Shown piece after piece: positions 6,814 through 15,005 of a stretch of 36,328 nucleotides of DNA. The notes beneath the pieces were generated by a model. It searched no databases. It worked only from the letters and a program-made list of their open reading frames with translations, and had not been told where the DNA came from. The position numbers and the translations under genes are program-made. Origin of the DNA: Candidatus Saccharimonadota bacterium (GTDB taxonomy: Bacteria > Patescibacteriota > Saccharimonadia > Saccharimonadales > SLHW01); the NCBI GenBank assembly GCA_007135955.1, contig SLHW01000025.1, forward strand, positions 1 to 36,328. Reading direction: 5' to 3'. Within the stretch, counting starts at the first letter, position 1; each line of letters starts with the position of its first letter.

Positions 6814-8235
6814 TTATAGCTGTTCTTCACCTATGCCTTCGGGGTCTTCATCAGGATCTAGTCCTTCTTGTTGGCTGCTAGAAATAAACTCTTCTTGGCT
6901 TTGAGTGTCCGGTATCTCAGTATCGTCTTGTATTGTAGCGACTGGAGGAATTTCTTGTAGCGGTTGTGGTAGTTGCAGTGACTGTGGTGCAGCTAGGGTG
7001 ACGAGTGAACTACCAGGACTCGGAGAATAATTTTTAACCCAGTCATCAGGACTATCTGTATCGAGACCAGCCTCACGACGCTCCAGTGAGGTGCCAGTTG
7101 GCGCAGTCTCTATGCCTTCATCCCAGAGTACGTCAGTATAATTTGGCCAGGTAGGATCTGGAGCGCCCCAGTTCACCGCGTCAACTATCTCTCCGTCTGT
7201 GTTTTTGAGGGTGAGCATATCATTTGTTTTATCTAGCTCATACCACGGCGCACCACCGAGGTTAATGCGAGTGATATTTCGGTCAACCTCCCAGAAACGA
7301 GCCCATACCGCACTATCATGTGACAGCAGTGCATATTCACCCGCGCCGATACTCACATTGGGGTGTATGGTATGACACACCGTACTCCGGCAGAGTTGCC
7401 AGTCTTTGATACTGACTGCTTCCTCGCCTGCGTTGTAGAGCTCAATCCACTGGTAGCGTGCTGGTGGCGGTGCCGGGCCGCGCTTATCGTCAGCCACATT
7501 GTAGTACACCTCGTTTATTACGATATTGGCAGCTTCTGCTTCGTCCCAAGTGCCAGCCACGAATACATTCCCTTGATTGACGGTTTGTGCGGTCCACTGC
7601 GCTGCCGTTGAGGGGATAAATAGGATTGATCCACCGAGCAATAGTACTAGTAATGCATGCGGGGGCGCGCCATGAGCACGTGGTTTTTCTCGCAGGCGAT
7701 ATATGCGTTTTTGTTTGCCAGCGAGCTCGCGGTAGATATTGCGCAGTTCGATTGCAATCACAAAGCTCGCCGGAATCAGGATCAGTAACCAATAGCCAGT
7801 AGTTGATGACACCGTATGCGCTGCGTAGCCAATATATGGCACGCTGCCACTCACTGTGCCTATAAGTTGCTCAAGCGTCACAACGCCACGATCCGCCACG
7901 TTATTGGCGTCGCCCTGCGTGATAAATCCGCCCGGCTCGGTGTCAATCACGCGGTGGGTCACTGTGTTGCTCGTGCCACTCTCTGAAAAGTACGTGATGA
8001 CATCGCCGACCACCACCTCCTCTGGCGAAATAGTCGTATCGATGATGACGACTGACCCAACGGCAATGTCTGGCGTCATTGATCCCGACATCACGGTGCG
8101 TAGCTGATAATTCCCAAGTAGTGAGGTATTAATACCGATAAATAGCAACAAAAACAAACCAGCCACGACAAACAGCAGCGTATAGAAGCTGCTGGCTATC
8201 ACTTGCTTGAGCTGATTTGGCTTGTGTTGCTGCAT
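6814..8235 (-). CDS. sipW: SipW-type (archaeal/ER-type) signal peptidase I fused to an internal signal peptide, a lamin-tail domain and an acidic tail
   Basis: Track ORF 6814..8244 starts at GTG; the ATG at 8235 has a GGTGGAG RBS. Peptidase boxes are SGSMTP, THRV and GDANNVAD, flanked by TM helices. These are followed by KQKRIYRLREKPRAHG, then ALLVLLLGGSILFI, then PSTAAQWTAQTVNQGNVFVAGTW. The lamin-tail domain motif is INEVYYN...YQWIELYNAGEEAVSIKDWQL. Confidence 0.8.
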   Translation of the reverse strand: MQQHKPNQLKQVIASSFYTLLFVVAGLFLLLFIGINTSLLGNYQLRTVMSGSMTPDIAVGSVVIIDTTISPEEVVVGDVITYFSESGTSNTVTHRVIDTEPGGFITQGDANNVADRGVVTLEQLIGTVSGSVPYIGYAAHTVSSTTGYWLLILIPASFVIAIELRNIYRELAGKQKRIYRLREKPRAHGAPPHALLVLLLGGSILFIPSTAAQWTAQTVNQGNVFVAGTWDEAEAANIVINEVYYNVADDKRGPAPPPARYQWIELYNAGEEAVSIKDWQLCRSTVCHTIHPNVSIGAGEYALLSHDSAVWARFWEVDRNITRINLGGAPWYELDKTNDMLTLKNTDGEIVDAVNWGAPDPTWPNYTDVLWDEGIETAPTGTSLERREAGLDTDSPDDWVKNYSPSPGSSLVTLAAPQSLQLPQPLQEIPPVATIQDDTEIPDTQSQEEFISSSQQEGLDPDEDPEGIGEEQL

Positions 8236-8284
8236 CCGCTCCACCTATCTATTCTTCAATTATGGTCTGAATTTTTAGAGCCGA

Positions 8285-8316
8285 CTCGGCGCCGTTTTTG
8301 CAGGTATGGCGCCGAG
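8285..8316 (-). promoter_or_regulatory. GC-rich intercistronic hairpin between the tasA-like gene and sipW
   Basis: CTCGGCGCC (8285-8293) pairs with GGCGCCGAG (8308-8316), a 9-bp perfect stem with a 14-nt loop. No U-tract follows on the - strand. Confidence 0.5.
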
Positions 8317-8346
8317 CTTAATACTTCTGGACCTGACTAACAAAAC

Positions 8347-9024
8347 CTACTCGTCAAATTCAAATACGCTTGTAGCTGTTGCCAGTAGGTCTACAGTAAA
8401 CTCCCTTTCCTGGTAGTGGTTGCTTGCATCTTTGGTAATTCTAACTTTTACGTCATAGATTGCTACTTGCCCAGTTGGTAAAGGTATTGAAGACCCCATT
8501 GGATTCGCTAATGAAGCTGGGTTTATTCGCCACTGCCGTAGCGTGTTGCCATCCTCGAAATCTATCCATTCACCAGTCGCTCCATTGTATGGCACCCACA
8601 AAGTCTTATCCGCTTGAGCGAGCCATGCATTCAAGCCTGTCCCAACTAATTTATTAGTGTCAACGACTTGCTCTACCTGGAACTCAAGTACATTGTCTAG
8701 GAATGGTGCGTCTTTGTCGTCAAATCGTGGATTCACCAACGCGAGATCAAATGTTATATCTGTTGATCCAATATTTGTAACCATGACATATGCTTGTTCT
8801 ACTGATCCAGGAACCATACCCTGTGCTTCAAAAAACTTGTGCTTGATCACGCCACCATCAGCACCCCTTTGCCCATCAAGGTGGAATACTAAGTTACCAG
8901 AATTAAATTGCTGGTCATCACTTGTAGCCGTTTCCGACCACGTGGCTTGTGTTGCGCCAAATAGCAAACCGGTGACACCCGCAATCACCGCCAGACTTAG
9001 CGCTACGTTTTTAAATTTATCCAT
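8347..9024 (-). CDS. TasA/camelysin-like secreted protein with SipW-cognate-type signal peptide
   Basis: Track ORF 8347..9060; the ATG at 9024 follows GAGGAGG. The signal peptide and cleavage region is LAVIAGVTGLLFGATQATWSETATSDDQQFNSGNLVF. Also present is MVPGSVEQAYVMVTNIGSTDITF, as in the TasA/camelysin family. Confidence 0.7.
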   Translation of the reverse strand: MDKFKNVALSLAVIAGVTGLLFGATQATWSETATSDDQQFNSGNLVFHLDGQRGADGGVIKHKFFEAQGMVPGSVEQAYVMVTNIGSTDITFDLALVNPRFDDKDAPFLDNVLEFQVEQVVDTNKLVGTGLNAWLAQADKTLWVPYNGATGEWIDFEDGNTLRQWRINPASLANPMGSSIPLPTGQVAIYDVKVRITKDASNHYQEREFTVDLLATATSVFEFDE

Positions 9025-9093
9025 ACAACACCTCCTCATAAGTGTTATGTTAATGAACACTTTCGACTATGGAGAGCGAAAACGAAAAAGTCA

Positions 9094-9107
9094 TTGACTA
9101 AGGTCAC
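9094..9107. promoter_or_regulatory. Candidate Crp/Fnr-family box in the tasA-like / crp divergent region
   Basis: TTGAC-TAAG-GTCAC, which reads as TTGA-N6-TCAC. Confidence 0.35.
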
Positions 9108-9176
9108 GAATTATGTCAATTAATAGCAAACCAGATTAGAATATGCTAAGATGTTCCCAAATAATACTGGAGTATC

Positions 9177-9833
9177 ATGGCAAAAGACGTATCACAAAAG
9201 GTAGCTGATTTCTTTTCGTCCTACAAGACAAGGCGCCTTGATAAAAAACAAACACTCATTCAGGCCGACTTTGAGCCCGATGGGGTGTATTACCTAATAA
9301 AAGGACAAGTTGGCCAGTGTGACATCGACCAATCTGGTAATGAGCTGATTATCAACGTATTTAAAAAAGGTAGTTTTTTCCCACTGAAATGGGCACTCGA
9401 TCAGCAGGCAAGCCCGTTTTACTTCTTGACGCTGAGCAGTGTTACCTATGTCCGTGCACCCCGCCACGAGGTCATAGAGTTTTTGCGTCGCGAGCCAGAT
9501 GTCGTCCTAGACGTTTTATCAAGAGTCTATTCCGGCGCTGAAGGGCTCTTGAGAAAAAACGCCCAGCTAATGGGTGGGGATGCCAGGTCTCGAGTCTTAC
9601 TAGACTTAATTATCACCTTTGAGCGCTTCGGTACTAAAACCGCTGATGGCGACTACCTGATTCCTATCAATGAAGTTGACCTTGCTAAACATACCGGCCT
9701 GGCCAGAGAGACAATTAGTCGACAAATAGCAACCCTGAAAAAGAAGCATGGCATCACCGTTTCCCGTGAAGGCATGCGTGTCACCTCGATAGACGACATC
9801 AAAGAAGAGCTCGGCATGTCCGATTTACTGTAG
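9177..9833 (+). CDS. Crp/Fnr-family transcriptional regulator
   Basis: 218 aa. It has an N-terminal cNMP-binding-like beta-barrel and a C-terminal HTH (LAKHTGLARETISRQIATLKK). A GGAG RBS is present. There is no N-terminal Cys cluster, so it is not FNR-like. Confidence 0.8.
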   Translation: MAKDVSQKVADFFSSYKTRRLDKKQTLIQADFEPDGVYYLIKGQVGQCDIDQSGNELIINVFKKGSFFPLKWALDQQASPFYFLTLSSVTYVRAPRHEVIEFLRREPDVVLDVLSRVYSGAEGLLRKNAQLMGGDARSRVLLDLIITFERFGTKTADGDYLIPINEVDLAKHTGLARETISRQIATLKKKHGITVSREGMRVTSIDDIKEELGMSDLL

Positions 9834-9911
9834 AATGCTGCCCTACAGATTGCTCATCGCTAGTTTTGGCTAATTATTTCGACAGGCGCACTACAAAATC
9901 AATCGCTCAGC

Positions 9912-9955
9912 CGTGACAGATGTCACACCTGGAAATTTCGTAGCATTGTTATAAT
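9912..9955 (+). promoter_or_regulatory. Near-consensus CRP-type box plus TATAAT -10 upstream of the Trx/CcdA operon
   Basis: cGTGAcagatgTCACa (9912-9927) matches TGTGA-N6-TCACA at 9 of 10 positions. TATAAT is at 9950-9955. The box centre lies about 41-43 nt upstream of the predicted TSS, a class II activator position. Confidence 0.5.
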
Positions 9956-9983
9956 TCTTGTGATAATAGTCTAAAATAGAGAG

Positions 9984-10397
9984 ATGACTCATATGAATAA
10001 GTATATCTTGGTGCTATTTGTGGCTGTGCTCGTTGGGCTAGTAGGTTTTTTTATGATTGCCAATAGCACAGAGTCCCAGCAAGCCGAGGAGAGAAACAAA
10101 ACTGACCCAGAACGCATTGCGATGAACGAATTCGTGCAGTGCTTAGCCGAAGAAGACGTTGTAGTATATGGCTCTGAAACCTGCCCGGCTTGCTTTCGCT
10201 TTGCCCAGCAGTTTGGTGGCTACGACGTCATCGATCCAATCTATGTGGAGTGTAGTGAAGACCGCGAAGCATGTGCAGCCAATATGCAAACCGGTTTCGT
10301 TCCAGAAGTCCAAATTGATGGCAACGTACTTGAAGGAGACAACAGCCTTGAGAGACTAGCCCAAGTCACTGGCTGTAAGTTGGACCTGTCAGAATAA
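9984..10397 (+). CDS. Membrane-anchored thioredoxin-fold protein (CPAC), resembling the Trx-like partner domain of bacterial VKOR
   Basis: 137 aa with an N-terminal TM helix. VVYGSETCPACFRFAQQFGG...YVECSEDREAC...LERLAQVTGC resembles the Trx domain fused to cyanobacterial VKOR. An alternative ATG is at 9993. Confidence 0.65.
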   Translation: MTHMNKYILVLFVAVLVGLVGFFMIANSTESQQAEERNKTDPERIAMNEFVQCLAEEDVVVYGSETCPACFRFAQQFGGYDVIDPIYVECSEDREACAANMQTGFVPEVQIDGNVLEGDNSLERLAQVTGCKLDLSE

Positions 10398-11590
10398 TGA
10401 GACGTACAGCTGCCTTAATCTTTAGTCTATTTCTCCTACTATTTGGTGCTGGTGCAGTCACAACACCCAGCCTCGTTCAAGCTACTGACGAGCCCACCCT
10501 GGAATCTACGGCAACAATAGAGCAGACGACCTCCGAGCAAACAGAAGATGTCGTTGAGCTTCACTATTTCGATGATCCACTCTGTTCAGTTTGTGCTCAG
10601 CAAAAAGAGTACATGGAACAACTTGAACAAGAATACGACAACCTCGTCATTAGCAAATATGACATTTCTGATACTGCTCGGTTTCGTGCTCTAGCCGAAG
10701 AACGTGGCATTACTGATTACCGAATCATGGCGCCTTCAACTTTTATCGGTAATGAACTATTGCAGTTTTCGAGCTTTGGCGAGCGTGAAGAAAAAGCGCT
10801 TATAGCAGCCATTGAAGGTAAAACCACAGAAAGTACCTCGGTTCTACGATTGCCGATAATCAATAGAGAGATCGATATGAGCACTTGGTCACTACCAATC
10901 TTAGCTATCTTGCTAGGAACACTTGATGGTTTTAATGTTTGCTCACTCGGTGCCTTAATACTAATACTATCAATTGTCTTGACCCTCGATTCACGAAAAA
11001 AGATTGTTCTATACGGTGGACTATTTATCCTAACAACTGTCTTAGTGTACGGCGGGCTGGTATTTATATGGGGGCAAGTCATCGATATGTTTATTGGGCA
11101 GCTACAGATCTTGCGCCTGCTGGTCGGGCTAGCAGCACTGGCCGGCTCTGCCTGGTTCTTTAAGGAGTTCTGGCGATTTTATAAATACGGACCATCCTGC
11201 AAGACATCTGATATGAAAATCGCTAAAAAAAGCTCGCAAAAGCTAATCGACACCTTCAACGAACCATCAAAAGGCCCGCTCATGCTCGCTGGTGGCATAA
11301 TCATGTTTGCAATTGTTATCACCATAGTGGAACTACCCTGCTCTATCGGAGTACCGATAGCGTTTACCGGTATACTGGTCGAGAGTGGTGTGTCACTAGG
11401 CATGTATACGCTTTATATACTGTTGTATCTACTGTTTTACATGCTGATCGAACTAATTATCTTTACCGGAGCTGTTATGACAAAAGAAATATGGTTCGCT
11501 GGATCAAAGTTCATCACCTGGACCACCCTCGCTGGCGCGCTTATCCTATTGTCACTTGCTGCATATTACCTTCTCTCGCTGATAAACTAG
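10397..11590 (+). CDS. Fusion of an exported Trx/Grx-like domain (CSVC) with a CcdA/DsbD-like two-Cys membrane domain
   Basis: 397 aa with a signal peptide. The soluble domain contains HYFDDPLCSVCAQQ. The polytopic domain has Cys in LDGFNVCSLGAL and VELPCSIGVP. It has a TAATG overlap with the upstream gene. Confidence 0.6.
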   Translation: MRRTAALIFSLFLLLFGAGAVTTPSLVQATDEPTLESTATIEQTTSEQTEDVVELHYFDDPLCSVCAQQKEYMEQLEQEYDNLVISKYDISDTARFRALAEERGITDYRIMAPSTFIGNELLQFSSFGEREEKALIAAIEGKTTESTSVLRLPIINREIDMSTWSLPILAILLGTLDGFNVCSLGALILILSIVLTLDSRKKIVLYGGLFILTTVLVYGGLVFIWGQVIDMFIGQLQILRLLVGLAALAGSAWFFKEFWRFYKYGPSCKTSDMKIAKKSSQKLIDTFNEPSKGPLMLAGGIIMFAIVITIVELPCSIGVPIAFTGILVESGVSLGMYTLYILLYLLFYMLIELIIFTGAVMTKEIWFAGSKFITWTTLAGALILLSLAAYYLLSLIN

Positions 11591-11784
11591 CGAGTTATCA
11601 TTTTTATGGCATGGGGTCGCTATTTACTAATTGCCTGACACGCCAAGTAATTTTTTATGCTACTAAGAATCCTAGTATTCATCATGCTAAGTAATGAAAA
11701 GAAACGATTTGTTAATAGCCTATGTCAGAAGTCACGAGTAAATACAGAAAAGCCCTGGTTATACAAAGCGTAATCAAACGAAAA

Positions 11785-11813
11785 TTGTAAAGTTGCCGCT
11801 AGCTACCTATACT
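11785..11813 (+). promoter_or_regulatory. Sigma70-type promoter of the DoxX-like gene
   Basis: TTGTAA (11785-11790), 17 nt, TATACT (11808-11813). Confidence 0.5.
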
Positions 11814-11846
11814 GTAAGCATAAACAATTTGAAAGGATGGTCTAAA

Positions 11847-12383
11847 ATGACTCGGAAAAAAGAAAAGATCGACGTCGATAGCGTGTGGGGATTAGCCAGG
11901 ATTGGGATTGGATTTGTGTTATTTTGGGCATTTATTGATAAGTTATTTGGTCTTGGTTTTGCAACTTGCCGCGATCAAACGACAGATGCAATCAACGTCA
12001 TGTGTAATAGTGCTTGGCTAGCTGGTGGCTCGCCAACAACTGGCTTTTTGCAGTTCGGTACTAGTGGGCCTCTAGCTAATGTCTACCAAGGTTTAGCGGG
12101 CAATCCGCTCATTGACTGGCTGTTTATGCTTGGCCTGCTTGGTATTGGCTTGGCACTGATACTGGGTATTGGCATGCGGATAGCTACGGCGACTGGCGTA
12201 GTTTTCTTTTTAATGCTCTATAGCGCTACGATGCCATCAACCAACAATCCGCTACTAAGCGACCACATCATCTATGCAATAGTCCTAGTCGGTCTACTCA
12301 AAGTCAACGATAAGCAAAAACTTGGCTTTGGTAACCAGTGGAAAAAGCTGAAGCTTGTCAAAAAACACCCAATACTTCGCTAA
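11847..12383 (+). CDS. DoxX-like membrane protein
   Basis: Track ORF starts at a TTG at 11793; the ATG at 11847 has an AAAGGA RBS. The protein has four TM helices and a GGSPTTGFL loop of the kind I associate with the DoxX/DoxD family. Confidence 0.5.
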   Translation: MTRKKEKIDVDSVWGLARIGIGFVLFWAFIDKLFGLGFATCRDQTTDAINVMCNSAWLAGGSPTTGFLQFGTSGPLANVYQGLAGNPLIDWLFMLGLLGIGLALILGIGMRIATATGVVFFLMLYSATMPSTNNPLLSDHIIYAIVLVGLLKVNDKQKLGFGNQWKKLKLVKKHPILR

Positions 12384-12516
12384 AAAAACTAGCCCCTCAG
12401 ATAACAATATAAGAAACTGTTGCTTGTGCTATTGGCAAAATCAGCAACAGGTTCGAGCCGAATATTACTGTTGCTGCGTCAAGCATAGGCTGAATGTGTT
12501 TAAATGTAGCTAGTAT

Positions 12517-13806
12517 ATGCAAGCATTTTTCCCATTTTTTATTATTCTGTTAGTAGCAGTTGTATTCTCGCAAATTTTTCTACGCATGCGGATACCTTGG
12601 GTGGTATCACTAATTGTTGGCGGAATGGTGGTCGGACCAAACGGCTTCGGCTGGTTTGCGCCTGATAGCACTATCGATTTTTTAGCGACCATCGGATTAG
12701 TTTTTTTGATGTTTATGGCTGGCCTTGAGTCAAAACTATCTGATGTCAGGGGCATAAAGGGTAAAATTGCATTAGTTGCTAGTTTTGTTGGGCTTTTGCC
12801 TACCGTCATTGGTATTGCTGTCGCATTGAGCCTCGGTTATCCTCTAGCTACTGCAGTGCTTGTTGGTATCATATTTATGTCATCAGCCATTGCACTATTA
12901 GTACCCACTCTTCAAGAACATCGGATTATTGATTCGACTCTTGGTAAGACCGTTGTTGCAAGCGCGATTATCATTGATGCGATTAGCCTACTCTTGCTGT
13001 CAGTATTTTTACAAGTAGCTACTACTGAATCCGGCACTCTTGATTCGCTGCTTATTTATCCATTTGCGTTTCTTGTACTCGGATTGTTCGCATGGGTGCT
13101 GCCTAAAATGCGCTGGGTTGCCCTTTCAGGAATTGAAAAAGACCAAGAAGACTTGTTCGAGCGTGAACTCCGCTTTACGGTGATGATACTGATTGGGTTG
13201 GTAGTATTTTTTGAATTTGTTGGACTCCATGCAATTATTGCTGGCTTCTTTGCCGGCATGATTCTGTCAAAGTCTATGGCTAATAGCTTGTTAAAGGCTA
13301 AGTTGCATGCGATTAGTTATGGATTCTTTGTGCCAGTGTTTTTTGTGATGGTTGGCGCGAGCACTGATGTAGGGGTCTTCTTTGAAGGTATAGACGCACT
13401 GCTAATAATGTTCGCAGTTATCGGAAGTTTAGTGGCGTCAAAATTTGTCGGCGGGTATCTTGGCGGCAGATTAGCTGGATTCACTCATCAACAAAGTGAA
13501 TTTATCGGCTTTGCAGTGATGCCACAACTGTCTACTGCTTTGGCTGTTGCCTTTTTAGGCTATGGCGCGGGTATCCTTGATCAGGCGTTATTGTCAGCAA
13601 TTGTCGGACTGGCAATTGTCACCAGTATTATTAGCCCAATTTTTGTAAATATGCTGGGACGAAAAATCGTAATTCAAAAACCTGAGCCATCAGCAGAAGA
13701 GCTACCCAAGACCATCATTGGTGGAATTAAAAAGTCCCCAACTACTGTTACCGATCGACCAATCAATGAGGCGAGCGGCAACGAAGAAACCGACTCAAGA
13801 GAATAA
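12517..13806 (+). CDS. Cation:proton antiporter (CPA2/Kef-NapA type)
   Basis: 429-aa polytopic protein. The N-terminus IPWVVSLIVGGMVVGPNGFGW and the general Na_H exchanger pattern support the call. Confidence 0.8.
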   Translation: MQAFFPFFIILLVAVVFSQIFLRMRIPWVVSLIVGGMVVGPNGFGWFAPDSTIDFLATIGLVFLMFMAGLESKLSDVRGIKGKIALVASFVGLLPTVIGIAVALSLGYPLATAVLVGIIFMSSAIALLVPTLQEHRIIDSTLGKTVVASAIIIDAISLLLLSVFLQVATTESGTLDSLLIYPFAFLVLGLFAWVLPKMRWVALSGIEKDQEDLFERELRFTVMILIGLVVFFEFVGLHAIIAGFFAGMILSKSMANSLLKAKLHAISYGFFVPVFFVMVGASTDVGVFFEGIDALLIMFAVIGSLVASKFVGGYLGGRLAGFTHQQSEFIGFAVMPQLSTALAVAFLGYGAGILDQALLSAIVGLAIVTSIISPIFVNMLGRKIVIQKPEPSAEELPKTIIGGIKKSPTTVTDRPINEASGNEETDSRE

Positions 13807-13832
13807 AGTTAAAAAAAACTCGGTCTAGGTTT

Positions 13833-14306
13833 CTATTTCTTTGAAGTTTTTACAAAGCGAGTGTAGCCAAGAAACAGCACAACGGCAAGCGCTATCGTTA
13901 GCATCACAAAACTATGCGCTGCGTTCTCTGCTGCAAAACTGCGTCCAACGCTATATATCAAAGTAAATAAACCACCCAAGAGTACACCATCGGCAATTAC
14001 CTTCAAGCGATTATTAAAGACTAGGCTGATGGAAACCAAGCCAACTGCCATAATGAGAGTTATGATTGATACATTTTGATGGTAGTCTTGAAGCTTTGAC
14101 TGATACCGATCATACACTTGTTCGTATTCTTGCACTTCTCGTTGAAACTCATCATCGTCAGCACCATCAGAGAATATCGCTGGCTCAGGAAAAGCTGGAG
14201 TCTCAGGCTTAGGATAAAAAGTTGCAACACCGAAGCCGATAAATACTGATAGAAGAAGTCCTAGGAAAAAAGTGTATATAGTTTTTAAAAACTTAGTCTC
14301 ATTCAT
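13833..14306 (-). CDS. Hypothetical membrane protein
   Basis: 157 aa with one N-terminal and three C-terminal TM helices around an acidic soluble loop. I recognise no family. Confidence 0.5.
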   Translation of the reverse strand: MNETKFLKTIYTFFLGLLLSVFIGFGVATFYPKPETPAFPEPAIFSDGADDDEFQREVQEYEQVYDRYQSKLQDYHQNVSIITLIMAVGLVSISLVFNNRLKVIADGVLLGGLFTLIYSVGRSFAAENAAHSFVMLTIALAVVLFLGYTRFVKTSKK

Positions 14307-14373
14307 CTAAGCTAGAGTATAATCCTGCTATTTTGATTTAACAACATCAATCATCTTAATCATGCAGGATGGA

Positions 14374-14931
14374 TTAAATTAATGGTACGAATGCGTACCC
14401 TGCATACTCGACGACAGTGATAGTGCCTTCTGGGGACTTGTCCACCGCGAGGATGCTGTTTTGTACAGGAATAACCATACGGCCACCTAGTGTAAGCTGA
14501 CGAACGAGTTCATCCGGTAAATCGCTGGCAGCAGCACTGACTAAAATCCGGTCATAGGGAGCGTGGCTTGGTAGACCAAACACATCCCCGGCCTGATGAA
14601 ATGAAGCGTTCTCTATCTGTTGCTTCTCGCAATTTTCCCGGCCAAACTCTACCAATTCAGGTACTTTCTCGACTGCATAAACTTCACCCTGATTACCAAC
14701 CAAATACGACAACAGTGCAGTTGTCCAGCCTGAACCAGAACCAACATCAAGAATTTTTTGACCAGGCTGAACATCAAGCCATATCAACATCCGTGTTACT
14801 GTAGTCGGCTGGCTGTTCGTCTGATTATAGCCAATCGGTATCGGCGCATCATAATTAGCGGCTGATTTTTTGTCTTCTGGTAAAAAGTCTTCCCGAGGAT
14901 ACTCCTCAAAGGCTTGATTTATTCTATCCAT
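14374..14931 (-). CDS. pcm: Protein-L-isoaspartate O-methyltransferase
   Basis: 185 aa. The SAM motif is ILDVGSGSGWTTALLSYLVG. Also present are YDRILVSAAA and GGRMVIPV. Confidence 0.85.
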   Translation of the reverse strand: MDRINQAFEEYPREDFLPEDKKSAANYDAPIPIGYNQTNSQPTTVTRMLIWLDVQPGQKILDVGSGSGWTTALLSYLVGNQGEVYAVEKVPELVEFGRENCEKQQIENASFHQAGDVFGLPSHAPYDRILVSAAASDLPDELVRQLTLGGRMVIPVQNSILAVDKSPEGTITVVEYAGYAFVPLI

Positions 14932-15005
14932 AAAAACAAGTATAAATTACTGTAGGACTGAGACAAGTACAACAGACCAACACCAAAATAGGCTAGCTAG
15001 GTGTT

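Noticed and set aside
8657-9097. A 146-aa + strand ORF antisense to the tasA-like gene. Similar cases are 4066..4497 inside the rhodanese gene, 17076..17495 inside the CDF gene, 10717..11082 inside the Trx-CcdA gene and 27783..28133 inside the DUF916-like gene.
   Set aside because: These are shadow ORFs overlapping genes with strong family signatures. They have no independent translation signals or recognisable motifs.
12446-12465. A GGTTCGAGCC string resembling a tRNA T-arm in the DoxX/CPA2 intergenic region.
   Set aside because: The flanking bases cannot form a T-stem (ACAGG against CGAAT) or an acceptor stem, so this is probably a chance match.
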